NCBI GenBank assembly: GCA_905178155.1
Contig: CAJINV010000020.1
Coordinates: 1,116,001-1,180,000 of the forward strand
From: Amoebophrya sp. A120
Taxonomy: Eukaryota > Protista > Dinoflagellata
Length of the DNA stretch: 64,000 nt
Reading direction: 5' to 3'
Below, piece by piece: positions 12,801 through 23,088 of this stretch (the first letter of the stretch is position 1; every line of letters begins with the position of its first letter). The notes under the pieces are model-generated. The model did not search any database. It saw only the letters and a program-made list of their open reading frames with translations, and was not told the DNA's origin. Position numbers and translations under genes: made by a program.

Positions 12801-15800
12801 TTTTGCATTGTCATATGTACTCGCGCTGGAATACCGGGTTGATCTTCACGTAGAAAACCATTTCCGTCATGCACCAGATCCACAGAGGTGGATACATGAA
12901 GACCATGGAGTATCCACAGTAAATTTCCTGTACATGTACAAATGCGGTTTCTGCATGACAAAGCTTTCTTTTTAATTCTCTTCAGCATGACAAGTGGCAT
13001 GCTCCAAGTTGGTCGTGACGTTTGTGATGCATGTTGTACCTGTACAGGAAATTTGTAGTGCATATGGAGGTCACCGTGCGCATGCCGATCATCATCCCAA
13101 ACCAGTTCGCCATCACGGACACTCCGGAGGCATGTTCCCGTAGCACGCCTTCGCCGGTCTTGGTGTGATAGTACGGGGGGATGAGCATAGCGAGCATGAA
13201 GTCCATGATGAGCACGGCGATGTAGGTGACGACCTCCGTCCTCCAGCCGCTCACGAGCCGAATGCGCATCTCCCGCTTGAAGAGCCCCAGCACGTGCCAG
13301 GCGGTGCGGCGATTGGGCGCAATCTGTCGCACGTGCTCCGTGCGGGCAAACATCTGCTTCATCCACGCCCTCCTTCTCTCGCGAGTGAAGACACTGCCTT
13401 TCGACCACCTGTCACGAAAGACGCCGCTGCTCTTGCCCCCGCTGGTGTTTTCATCTCCCCCCTCTTCACCCTCGTCGGACTCGAACATGTTGGCGTCGGA
13501 TATCGGAAGAAAAAAGTGTTACAGTTACACACATAGTCTATGCAGGCCAAGCAAAACAGACAAGCTCTGTCATGCCGGATATGCATAGGGGCCTCGTTTC
13601 ATAGGTGTTTTCCCGTAGGATTTCTAGATTTCGTCAAGTTTTCTCTCTCATGCAGAGAAATTTGTGTTGCTGAACAATTCACTACAAATGTGTAACTGTA
13701 ACACTTTTTTCGTGTGATATCGGTTTGGCGTTTCGCAGTCTCTACCATGCGCTCCAAAGCCTCCGGGTCGTAGCCGTTTTCGTAGGTCATGTTTGCCAGG
13801 CGGGTCAGCTCGGCCATCCCGTTCTCCTTGTCCTCCGCAATCGTCTGCGTGATAAACAAGGCACGCTCGGACATGTTTTCCCCGGGTCCGAGCGCAACCT
13901 CCGCCACCTTCAATATGTTCTCGCGCAAGGTCCACTTGAGCGGCTCCTCCTTTGGCAGCTGCTGCTGGCCACTGCTTGTAGGACTAGCGTCCTCTTCCAC
14001 ATTCGCCAGTGCAGCAGGAGAGGCTGTCGCGGAAGTCGCCGACATTGCGGAGACTCGGCACTTATGCTTTGCAAAAGTATCGCTGTACTAGTATGAACAA
14101 TTGCAATACAAATTGTCTCAGCATCACAAATTTAATTTGTAATTCGAATTTACCTTCACAAGAACTGGATTTGTCATGCATAGCTGCAATTAGTCCGAGT
14201 ACGATGATTTTGCAATTCATAACGCTCGTGAAACCGTGCGTAGTCGCCAATACTTAGCTGCTCTTCTTCCTCACTGGTCAGACTGGTCACGTCCAAATCG
14301 TAGCTCTCTGAGTCCCGTAGCGGGTTGAGCTGGAGTAGCTGCTGCTGCTGCTGTTGCGAAGCGGCGGCCGAATCGCGGAGGACCACGCGGCTGAGCACGG
14401 TGTATCCTGTGCAAAGGTATCGCATTCGTATAAATGCAAGTCTTGCATTACAGATCTTTCTCTTTAGGCAAATCCGCATTACAAATTCTTATTTCTCATG
14501 CTGAAGAAACTTGTAATGCATTTAGTTTTAGACGAGTACGATACTTTTGCAATTCATACGGTGCTCTTTTCGGTGATGTCGTGTCCCTGTCCGCGAAGAC
14601 GCTTCCCGTAGTATTCCCCCTTGCCGTGGAACACCAGCTTGCCCTTGCACATGATCAAAGCCTATGCATTGCAAATATGTCTGGGCCTGGAAATTTGTGA
14701 TGCAAGGAAGGGAATAGTGAGCACACTATTATGCGCTCCCCAGCATGACAAGTTTTCGGTGGTTCAGAGTTGCGTACTCCGCATGAGAAACATGCCAGAC
14801 TAGCATGACAAATCTCGCAATCTCCCAGACCCAGGCATATTTGCTGTTCATAAAGCCCGGTCGAACTCGTCGAAGCAGTCCGTTCCGGGTTGGTGGATCG
14901 TGCAAATGATCATCACATTGATCGCCTTCGCGAGGTTGCGCATCTCTCGGATGAAAATCGTGGCGGTGAAGCAATTATGCATCGCAAATGTGCTGTCCGG
15001 GTCTGGAAGATGTTGAGTGCAAGTTTGTCATGCTTGTCTGGCAGGCGCGTGAGGACTCTTACATTTGTACTGCATAAGCCGGAACAGACCCCCTTGCCTG
15101 TCATGCAAAAACGCAGCTTGCCATGCGGAAAACGAAACTACACATTGCACCACCTCACGAACTTGTCAACATGCTTGGCTGCGCATTGCTGCAGTGCGCC
15201 TACCATTCCAATTCACAGATTTGCATCACAACTTTGACTGCTCTCAGACCCAGACGTATTATTTGCATTTGATAGGAGTCCAGCCCGGAGTACCAAACGA
15301 AAAAATCCACCACAGCCAAAATTTCAAAATTTTTCATGAGCGGGTCGACGTGCAGGCCCGACGTCGACGGCTCGTCGCGTTGGAAATGACATACATCAGC
15401 AGACGGCAGGCAGCGGTAGGGCGCGGGCAGCGGGTTCTCTGGAATGCGCGTCTCCGCGTTGCTCTTCGGCGCGTTGTCTTGCAGGGGAAAAAGGACGCAT
15501 TGCCCTTCATGGGCGACATGATGCGGGAGTGTCTGGACAAGGATGCGACGAAAGGGCTAGGGAAGCGGTTTTTTCTTCTTCTACTCTAATGCACTGCCTC
15601 AAGAGGTTCCTGGCCGGTTCGGGGAAACCTTCGGCCAGATTTTTTGGGCAACCCGTTTGAGGTGGTGCCCCAACGGGGTGCTCCAACGGGGTGCTCTGTG
15701 CTGCTGTGGCGGATTTTTGGGGGAAGGCCATAGCATCGGCGGAAGGGTTCCCCAAAAATCCGCCACAGCAGCACCGGACACCCCCTGAAGGTGTGCACTT

Positions 15801-18800
15801 GTCTGGTGTGGCGGATTTTTGGGGAAGCTGCTGGCCCGTAAGGCCGAAGGCGGGAAAACCGCACCTGGCAGCCTCTGGGGGCCGCATCGTTTTTCTGTCT
15901 GGCACCCTTCTATCGCCCTAATCGGAAGGGCTACAGGCCCCTCGCACTTCCCGCGCTTTTTGACCGTGGTAAGTTTCTTAAATTTGACAGGCCGCCATTA
16001 TTTCGGCAGCGCAGCGTTGATTGGGGAGGTCGTCTGCAGGTCCAGTCCCCCGCAATCCTCGCTCCGGCCAGGGGACACGCAGGAGACCAAGAGTGCTCCA
16101 GCTCGAGCACCCGCAGCTGCCAGCCCAATCGGAAAAGAAAAATTTTGAAATCTTGGCTGTGGTGGATTTTTTCGGTTGGTACGGAGGTGGGCTCGTCCAT
16201 GAGAAGGATGAGTGGCTGCCCGATGATTTCCAGCGCCGCGGACGTGCGGCGCTTTATCATGCGAAAAAAGTGTTTCACTGTAAGGCTTTTGCAGGTTTTG
16301 CATCACAGGTTTGCTCTACATGACGGAGAAAATTTGCTATGCAAGGTTCATCCTAATGAAAAACACAGCCAAAAATCCACTCTCTTGCATGCGCAGCAAG
16401 ACAAACAGTTTCAGTTGTAAGACGCATTTTGTGCATTACAACTTTACAGTGAAACAGTTTTTTCTTTCGATACGCTTCTGCCCTCCGCTGATGCCCTTCT
16501 TGCCCATCCCGTCCCCAATAATCACGTCCTTGCACACGTCCAGCCGGATATCAAACAAAAAAGTGCTAACGTTAACGGTTTTGGGGCATTGCAGTCATGC
16601 ATGACAAATTTTCGCTATCATACATGCTATGCAATACAAGTTTAGGAATCATTTCTCGTGCATTCCTGCATGCCAAATTCCGTTAACCGTAACGTTAACA
16701 CTTTTTCCTGTGATACCGGAGTTCGCGGAGCACGTCGTGCACCTTTTTCACCCGTGCCTCCACGTTCAGGTGCGGCAGCCGCATGGCGGCCGCGAAATCC
16801 ACACATTCGAACACCGTCTATCCACGAAAAAAACTGTGTGAGTGTAGGTGTCTTGGAGTGACAGCATGACAAATTTGCCCTGCATGATAGAGAAAACTTG
16901 TCATGCATGGCTTGTAAGGGAAAACACACATGGATGGAAAGAGGACTTCATGGTTGCCTGGCATGACAGGCGTAATTCTCTTGCATGTTCTGCATTACAG
17001 AGTTACACTTACACAGTTTTTTTCTTGGATACCGTCTCAGTGGCGATCAATTGGTCGTCCTGGTACACGTATCCACAGTGAAAGTACTATCGCACCCGTA
17101 CTGATGCGAGTCATGCATGACAGATCCACTTTTGTACCTGATCTAGCATGACAATTAACTGTAACTGTGCTTTTGTTCTTGGCCAAATTCGTCATGCAAT
17201 TCATGTACGATATTACTTTTGCAATGCGTAACACGTACCCGGCAATCCGCTGCAACTCCAGGTCGCTGGTGGGCTCCCCGTTCAAGAGGATGCGGCCGCT
17301 CAGACCGAGCCTCCCGCTCTCGCCACCCGCCTGCTTCCACTGCACGCGGCCCGACAGCGCATTCAGCAGTGTGGTCTTGCCGCACCCGGAGGAGCCCAGG
17401 ATGGCGGCAACCTCGCCCGACCGGAACACGCAGTTGATGTCGGACAGAAGATCCAGCTCCCGCGGCCGCCCAGACGCGTCGGGCGGCGCTTGCACCCGGA
17501 AGGACACGTTTTCCAAGGCGATCCAGGATGGCGGCGTGGCTATCCTGAGTAAAAACGTCCCCGTCCCGGAGTTGTCATGCAGATATGCGATTACAGAAAG
17601 ATTTGTAATGCGCATCTCCATGGCAGGCATATCCAGTCGTGTTTGGAAATTTGTAATGCTGTAAACACCATGACTAGATCGATTTGTGTTGCGGCTGTAC
17701 TTGCTAAACTGCACTTACAATACAGAGACGAACTTGTCATGCTTGACTCCCAACACTTCTCGTCTTGTGTTGCGAGATCCCCATCTTGACTCTGGGGTCG
17801 TGGCGACGTTTTTACATAGGATAGTGGCTTCCGTTTCCTTTTCCGCCTCCTCTTGCTCCGACCGCAGCCGTATCAAATGCAAATATGTCTGGGTCTCGAA
17901 ACTTGTGATGCAAGTCAGCAAACCATGCGCACACTGTAATGCACTGCGAAGCATGGCAAGTTTTTCCGTTGTTCTGCGTATGCGTTGCGTATTCCGCATT
18001 GGAAATTGCGTTTTTGCATGACAGGCGAGAGGTGCTCTTTGCGGCCACGCAACACAGAGCTCAGAGTCGTACCAGACTAGCATGACAAATCCCGAAATCA
18101 TCCAGACCCAGACACATTTGCAGTTGATAAGCCGCGCGCGACCTTCCTCCGTGACAAAGTCCGTCCAAAAGGCCCACTTGGTGCTATGAGAGTGCACAAC
18201 ATCTTCCCCTCCCGCTCATTTGTCATGCAAAATCCCAAATCCAGGCTGTGCCTCTTGGCACTGTTTGCATGACAAGTTCTGGTAGCCCCAATAGCACTAG
18301 TGCACTTCGGTGTAAATTTGTCATGCAAAACCGGCATTCTTGCTGATGCTTGTATTGCTGTTCATGCTATACATAGATACAGATCTTCATGAGGGGGAGG
18401 GGGAGTTATGCACTGTCATATGTGCGCGTGCCCTTGTACAGATCCTTGCCGCGACTCTCGCTCTATGCATTGCAAATATCCCTGGAGGTCTGGAAGGATG
18501 CGACTTGTGATGCTGGATTTGGATTCTACATATAAATCTGTACTGCATGAACAGCAAAAGAGGTCCAGTTTTCGCCACGGCGAGAGGGCATTTCTAATGC
18601 AGCTAAGGCATCAGGAAGCCCTCGCAAAATCTGTGATGCTAGGGCATGCATCCCAGACCTCAGGAGTGGTCATGCAAAACGTGCATGACAAACCTTGCAC
18701 CCTTGCTTCGTCCAGACCCAGATGACATATTTGCATTTGATACGCTCACGGGTAGCAGACAGGAACCCAGCGTGACCACGTACATGCCGAAACACACCAG

Positions 18801-21800
18801 CAGCAGGGCCATGCAGATGTAGAACGCGTACTTGCCGCAGTTGACCACCGGGTCCTTGGTCATCATGCTGGAGGGGAACAGGTCGCATTCGTCAAACGAG
18901 TAGTTGGCAAACATTTTCACCATTTTCGCCCGCTTGTGGTCTTTTAGAAGACTCTTAAACAGGGACACCGTGGAGGGGTCCCGCATTTGGTGCCGCATCA
19001 GAGCGTATCCAGTGCAAATCTGTCTGAGTCTGAAAATGAGTGCAGGAGTTTGACATGTCAGATTTTGGATGCCCCGCGAGAACTGGCATGTAGGGCGTAG
19101 CATCACAGACTTCGTAAGAAAGGGCTTTGCGATGCATATCCCGCATGAGAAAGACCACACTTCAAGAGGTAAAAATTACCAAGATGAGTTATTTGAATTG
19201 AATGAATAAGAAAATTTGCAAACAGAAGGCGCAGCGTGGCGCCGACAACAATGATCAGCAGATATGTTGGACGGGATCAATTCGCCGAGAAGTAGTCAGC
19301 GAGCGGACGCGTCTCCGACATACATTTGCTTGTGCGCCGGATCTCCAGCTGAGTTTTTTACTGGGCGCGAGCGCCGAGTAGGGGAGGTCGCTTCTTACGC
19401 TTTCACACAAGAATGCGGCTCGGCGAGAAAAGCCGCAAGCCAATGGCCCAAACAGAATTAATTCGGGCCTGAATTAAATCCGCCACCACAGGCCTCACCC
19501 CGGGGCCCACGGGGGGGGAAAAATAAAAAAATCTCACTGGGCGGGAAAAAAATTCGTTTTTCCCGCCCGGAAAAAAACGAATTAAACGAATTAATCGAAA
19601 AAAAACGCGCCCAAAAAATTTGACAGGGAAATCACACATGAAATCCTGACCCAGCCCGCGGGGCCGGACCCGGAAATTAATTATTTTTAATTCCCCCTCC
19701 TGGGAGATTTTTTTTTCGATTTAATTCGAATTGATTCCGCCCCTGCTGGGCCAAAATTAAATCCGACTCAAGGGCCAGGTTTGAATCAGGCCAAATTTTA
19801 CTCGGTGCGTGGGGCCCTGTTTTTCCGGGGATGGTTTTCGTCTGGAGAAAACGCGAGTCTCCGTCGCGTCAGCATGCAGCTCCAGCAGCCATCACATCAT
19901 CTGCGAGGGAGCTTGTGCAGGCCGGGCAAAACACCAACAGAAGCAAAGGACCACAACCCCAAACAATGATGTCAACCGCTGAGCATATCAAGTCGCGCCT
20001 CCAGGTTCTGCAGCTGCAAAAAAAAAATAATTCATTTAAATGGATTAACTCATCTTGGTATTTGGACCACATAACACACTCCACCAGCATGGCCAAATAT
20101 ACTTAATGGGCATCTTCTTGTGCTAGCCTCGCAAGACAAATTTTTCTGTGATCTGTGGGACGCATCACAAGTTGCATTCTGCCAGACCCAGACATTTTTG
20201 AAATGCATAGCCCGACCACCATTTCCATCTCGGACTTGTTCAAGGAGCTAGCAGTGTCGCGACCGAGGTATGAGAGTGCACAACTTTCATCTCTCCCCCT
20301 CATTTGTATTGCATAAACAGCAATACAAACACCAATACATGTGGACGCTGCGCATAACAAATTGATACGCGGCTGAGTGTAGCACCACTGTTTGGGCCTT
20401 CAGAATTTGTAATGCAAACAGCGCCACATCAAGGCAGCAACTGGACTTGGGGTTTTGCATTTACAGATAGTGGGGAGGGGGAGTTGTGCACTCTCATACC
20501 AGGCCGAGCATGTCCACCAGGTCGCGGGTCATTGCTGCACTGGAATTGGTCGAGTTCATTTGGTCCACGAAAATGTCAAGCGCGGACCTGGTGCCGTTCT
20601 GAAAGCCCTCTCTGGACGAGGATTCCTGGCGGTTCGGACCCGCTACGGTGTGGCCGACCGCTAGCAGCCTCTGTCCCAGGGAAGAATCGTAAATGGCGTC
20701 GTGCAGCTGGTGCCCCTGTCCGCGCAGCTCGGTGGTGTTTACCACGGACCGGGCCTCGTCCAGAGCTTGATCCGCTCCGTGCTGTCCAGACCGCCGCGCC
20801 ATGTTGATGGTGTCCACATCTGCAGAAGGATCAGCGCCCCCCGCCGTCGTGTTGTAGTTCCGTATCGCAGAGGCAAGTGGCATGGCGTACCGATTCCACA
20901 AGTGCATGCCTGAGTTCTCGTCGCCCAGTGGAGCCGTCCCAGATGAAGAAGCAGGCTCATCATCTTGCGCAGCAGCCGCGCGGCGTTCCTCCTGCCGGCG
21001 GATCTGCCGCGAGGCGCCCTCGTTCAGCATGTGGTTGTCCGGAGGGAGCGTGACGTACTCGTATTGTTTGTGGTCCGCGTTCTCCTGGTCCTGCCCGTGT
21101 TGTTGTTGCTGTGCCGACTTAGCGGAGGCACGGTTCGACACTTGCTCGTGTACGACCGCGGGAGCGGCTTCACGCAGCTGCTGGACCCAGCCACGTTCAT
21201 TCTATGAGAGTGCACAATTCCCCCTCCTGCCCCTCATTTGTAATGCAAAATACCCAATCCACCCTGTGCCTCTTGGCACGTTTTGCATGACAAGTTCTGG
21301 AAGCCCAAATCGCACTACACTCCTTCGCAAATTTGTCATGCAAAACCTGCATTGTTCTTGCTGGCACTTGTATTGCCATGCATGCTATACAAATGAGGGG
21401 GAGGGGGACGAGTTGTGCACTGTCATACATTCGGACTCGGACTCACAGTCACCCCGTTCTGCTGGTCATGCTGCCCATCCTGTTCTTTTCCTTGTTCGCT
21501 ACTTTCTTGCGGTCGCGGTGCGCCACTCGATGTCATCAACGCCTCTTGTTGATGTTCTGGCGCCGGCGGAGGTGCAGCTGCAGCAGAAGTAGCCTGGTTG
21601 CTGCTAGTCGTGGAAGTGGCATTTGAAGCAGGCGACGCACCGTGCACGACGTTTCCAGACGTGGAATGGCCCGTCCTCGCGGTTTTTTCGGTAAATGCGC
21701 TAGCGGTCTTCACAATGTCGTCGTCGTGGTCAGCAAAACTTTTCTCGTCCTGCTCCTGTGCAACCACCTCTCCAAAGGCATCCACCACAGCCGTCAACTT

Positions 21801-22040
21801 TGACGCATTGTCTACGTAGTCGTCGCCTTCCGCTTCTCCGTCTGCCTCCTCGGAGTAATAGGTAGAGTCCTGGTAATTACTATGGACTTCATCTGCCCGC
21901 TGCTCACCTTCTTGTGGACCACGATGAACTACACTGCGGCACAAATAACTTGGGAAGCTGCACGACAAGCCGCCAAAGGACAGCGCGACTAGCTTGCGGC
22001 GCAGCAACATGGGAGTTCTTGTCAGAGTCCTCATCCTCAT
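9835..22040 (-). CDS. ABCG-family half ABC transporter interrupted by 25 introners
   Basis: The spliced frame gives Walker A GSSGCGKT, AGYVYQDD, signature KGISGGQKRR, Walker B/D-loop LLMDEPTSGLD(S), H-loop ICTIHQP, ABC2-membrane FQREYSGHTY and TM helices. Stop TAA at 9835-9837; start codon uncertain. Confidence 0.9.
10020..10206. mobile_element. Introner family L (degenerate DR)
   Basis: TATCCACAGCAAGTTTCCC / inverted end; flanks CTACG vs ATGCA. Confidence 0.75.
10281..10512. mobile_element. Introner family F
   Basis: TATGCAAGAAAA TIR; DR CCAGG. Confidence 0.9.
10574..10826. mobile_element. Introner family C
   Basis: TIR core TGTAAAAATGTCTGGGTCTGGAA; DR CACCC. Confidence 0.9.
11606..11774. 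mobile_element. Introner family E
   Basis: TGCAAAAGTA TIR; DR TAGTG/TGGTA (synonymous differences). Confidence 0.8.
11830..11986. mobile_element. Introner family E
   Basis: TAT...ATA TIR; DR CCGCG. Confidence 0.9.
12041..12263. mobile_element. Introner family F
   Basis: AAAACTGTGT TIR core; DR AACTC. Confidence 0.9.
12590..12815. mobile_element. Introner family D
   Basis: TATGACAGTGCACAACTCGTCCCC TIR; DR TGTAC. Confidence 0.9.
12911..13064. mobile_element. Introner family L
   Basis: AAATTTCCTGTACA TIR core; DR TGGAG. Confidence 0.9.
13501..13719. mobile_element. Introner family B
   Basis: AAAAAAGTGTTACAGTTACACA TIR; DR TCGGA/TCGGT. Confidence 0.9.
14063..14221. mobile_element. Introner family E
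   Basis: TIR; DR GCACT/ACGCT; frame restored. Confidence 0.8.
14403..14558. mobile_element. Introner family E
   Basis: TIR; DR CGGTG. Confidence 0.9.
14663..14852. mobile_element. Introner family C
   Basis: TIR; DR AAGCC. Confidence 0.9.
14976..15274. mobile_element. Introner family C
   Basis: TIR; DR GCAAT/GGAGT; excision restores GLD(S/C)FTA. Confidence 0.8.
15291..16181. mobile_element. Long (891 bp) MITE-like introner with TAC...GTA ends
   Basis: ~45-bp TIR TACCAA(A/C)CGAAAAAATCCACCACAGCCAA(A/G)ATTTCAAAATTTTT; DR CGGAG; splits DEPTS/GLD. Confidence 0.9.
16255..16472. mobile_element. Introner family G
   Basis: TGTTTCACTGTAA TIR core; DR CGCTT. Confidence 0.9.
16549..16715. mobile_element. 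Introner family H
   Basis: AAAAAGTG(C/T)TAACGTTA TIR; DR CCGGA. Confidence 0.9.
16819..17031. mobile_element. Introner family F
   Basis: TATCCA(C/A)GAAAAAAACTGTGT TIR; DR CCGTC. Confidence 0.9.
17070..17230. mobile_element. Introner family E-like (TAT...GTA)
   Basis: Imperfect TIR; DR ACACG; restores AGYVYQDD. Confidence 0.85.
17541..17823. mobile_element. Introner family A
   Basis: TATCCT..GTAAAAACGTC TIR; DR GTGGC. Confidence 0.9.
17871..18129. mobile_element. Introner family C
   Basis: TIR; DR AGCCG. Confidence 0.9.
18185..18420. mobile_element. Introner family D
   Basis: TIR; DR GGTGC/TGTGC (synonymous). Confidence 0.9.
18464..18742. mobile_element. Introner family C
   Basis: TIR; DR CGCTC. 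Confidence 0.9.
19006..20209. mobile_element. Introner family C carrying a nested 914-bp insertion
   Basis: Family C TIRs at both ends; DR GAGCG/GCCCG; frame restored (MVV.LMRH). Confidence 0.8.
19161..20074. mobile_element. Nested non-autonomous TIR element
   Basis: TIR core TACCAAGATGAGTTA / TAACTCATCTTGGTA; DR CACAC at 19156-19160 and 20075-20079. Confidence 0.75.
20269..20498. mobile_element. Introner family D
   Basis: TATGAGAGTGCACAACT perfect 17-bp TIR; DR CGAGG/CCAGG. Confidence 0.9.
21203..21427. mobile_element. Introner family D
   Basis: TIR; DR CATTC. Confidence 0.9.
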
Positions 22041-23088
22041 GTGAAGTTGGTAATTGTACTGGCGTGTAGCACGTGGAACAATATTAGTAGTTTGTTCATT
22101 GACTTTCTCTTTACAACATCGATTGCTGTTTTCCTTTTTTATTTATCATTCCTCAACCTCAACTAGAACTACATTTCATGGGAATGAAGACGAATATTTT
22201 TCATTTCCGGCGGCATGCGGTCGTCTTGACTTTTCTTGACATGCTTTCGCGATCTGACGAACGACCCGCCCAGGTAAACGAATCGAGCATCTGTTGTCTA
22301 CTTCTAGTGTGGCTCTATATTGAGTTGTCCCAGCACTATTAAATCGACCTTGCTTATTGCGATCATGACCAACATACGAGCCCGATTGTACAACTATCGA
22401 AAACGACTACACATCGATCACGTCTCACAGAACGAAAATGCTAGTACTTGTTTTGTACGAAGGTACTTACTACATTATTTTGCAATAACATTGCTCACAG
22501 TTGTCACACTCCGTCGACCTTCGCTTGTTGAGTAATAAATAATCTCGACCGATAGAGATAGTAACGAGTTCGATTTCGACTGCAATTTGGATAAATCACA
22601 CGAAAAGGTGCTGGACAAGCAGGGTACAGCCGTTTCGATTTTTTCATGAGTCGATGCCGAAGAATCTTTATTTTGTCTTCTTTGTGTGTATTTGGCTCTG
22701 AAAATTATCATACAAGGACCACGACCAGACCCTCATGAAGGTACTAAAGAGAAGAAGAACACGGTTGTAGCCCTACGAAATAAGAAAAGCAAGCGAAAAT
22801 TATTCGCAGCCATAATTAATGCCATTGCAACGATGTGTACGCTTGCAGAAGCAGGCTCGTCATCTTATGTCTTCTGCTGCCAGCAAACAACTGACACCGG
22901 GTCAGCCCGAGTACGTATGGGGGCACGGCCCGCTTCGTAACAGTTTATGAACCATCCAAAGCGATATGCTTTTGTAGAAGTTCCAGCCGTAGCAGGAGGC
23001 TCTCAAGCTCTGCATCCTGAACACCACCGGTGCTGTTCATTTCACGTGCCGCCTCGTCGTCTTTTCGGTTCTCTATTTGCCGTTCTAA

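Noticed and set aside
15291-20074. Transposase in the long elements
   Set aside because: Only short non-conserved ORFs, with no DDE or HUH motif recognisable.
9835-22040. ABC transporter as a pseudogene
   Set aside because: Stops and frameshifts are confined to the elements; the catalytic motifs and the frame are intact after excision at the junctions checked.
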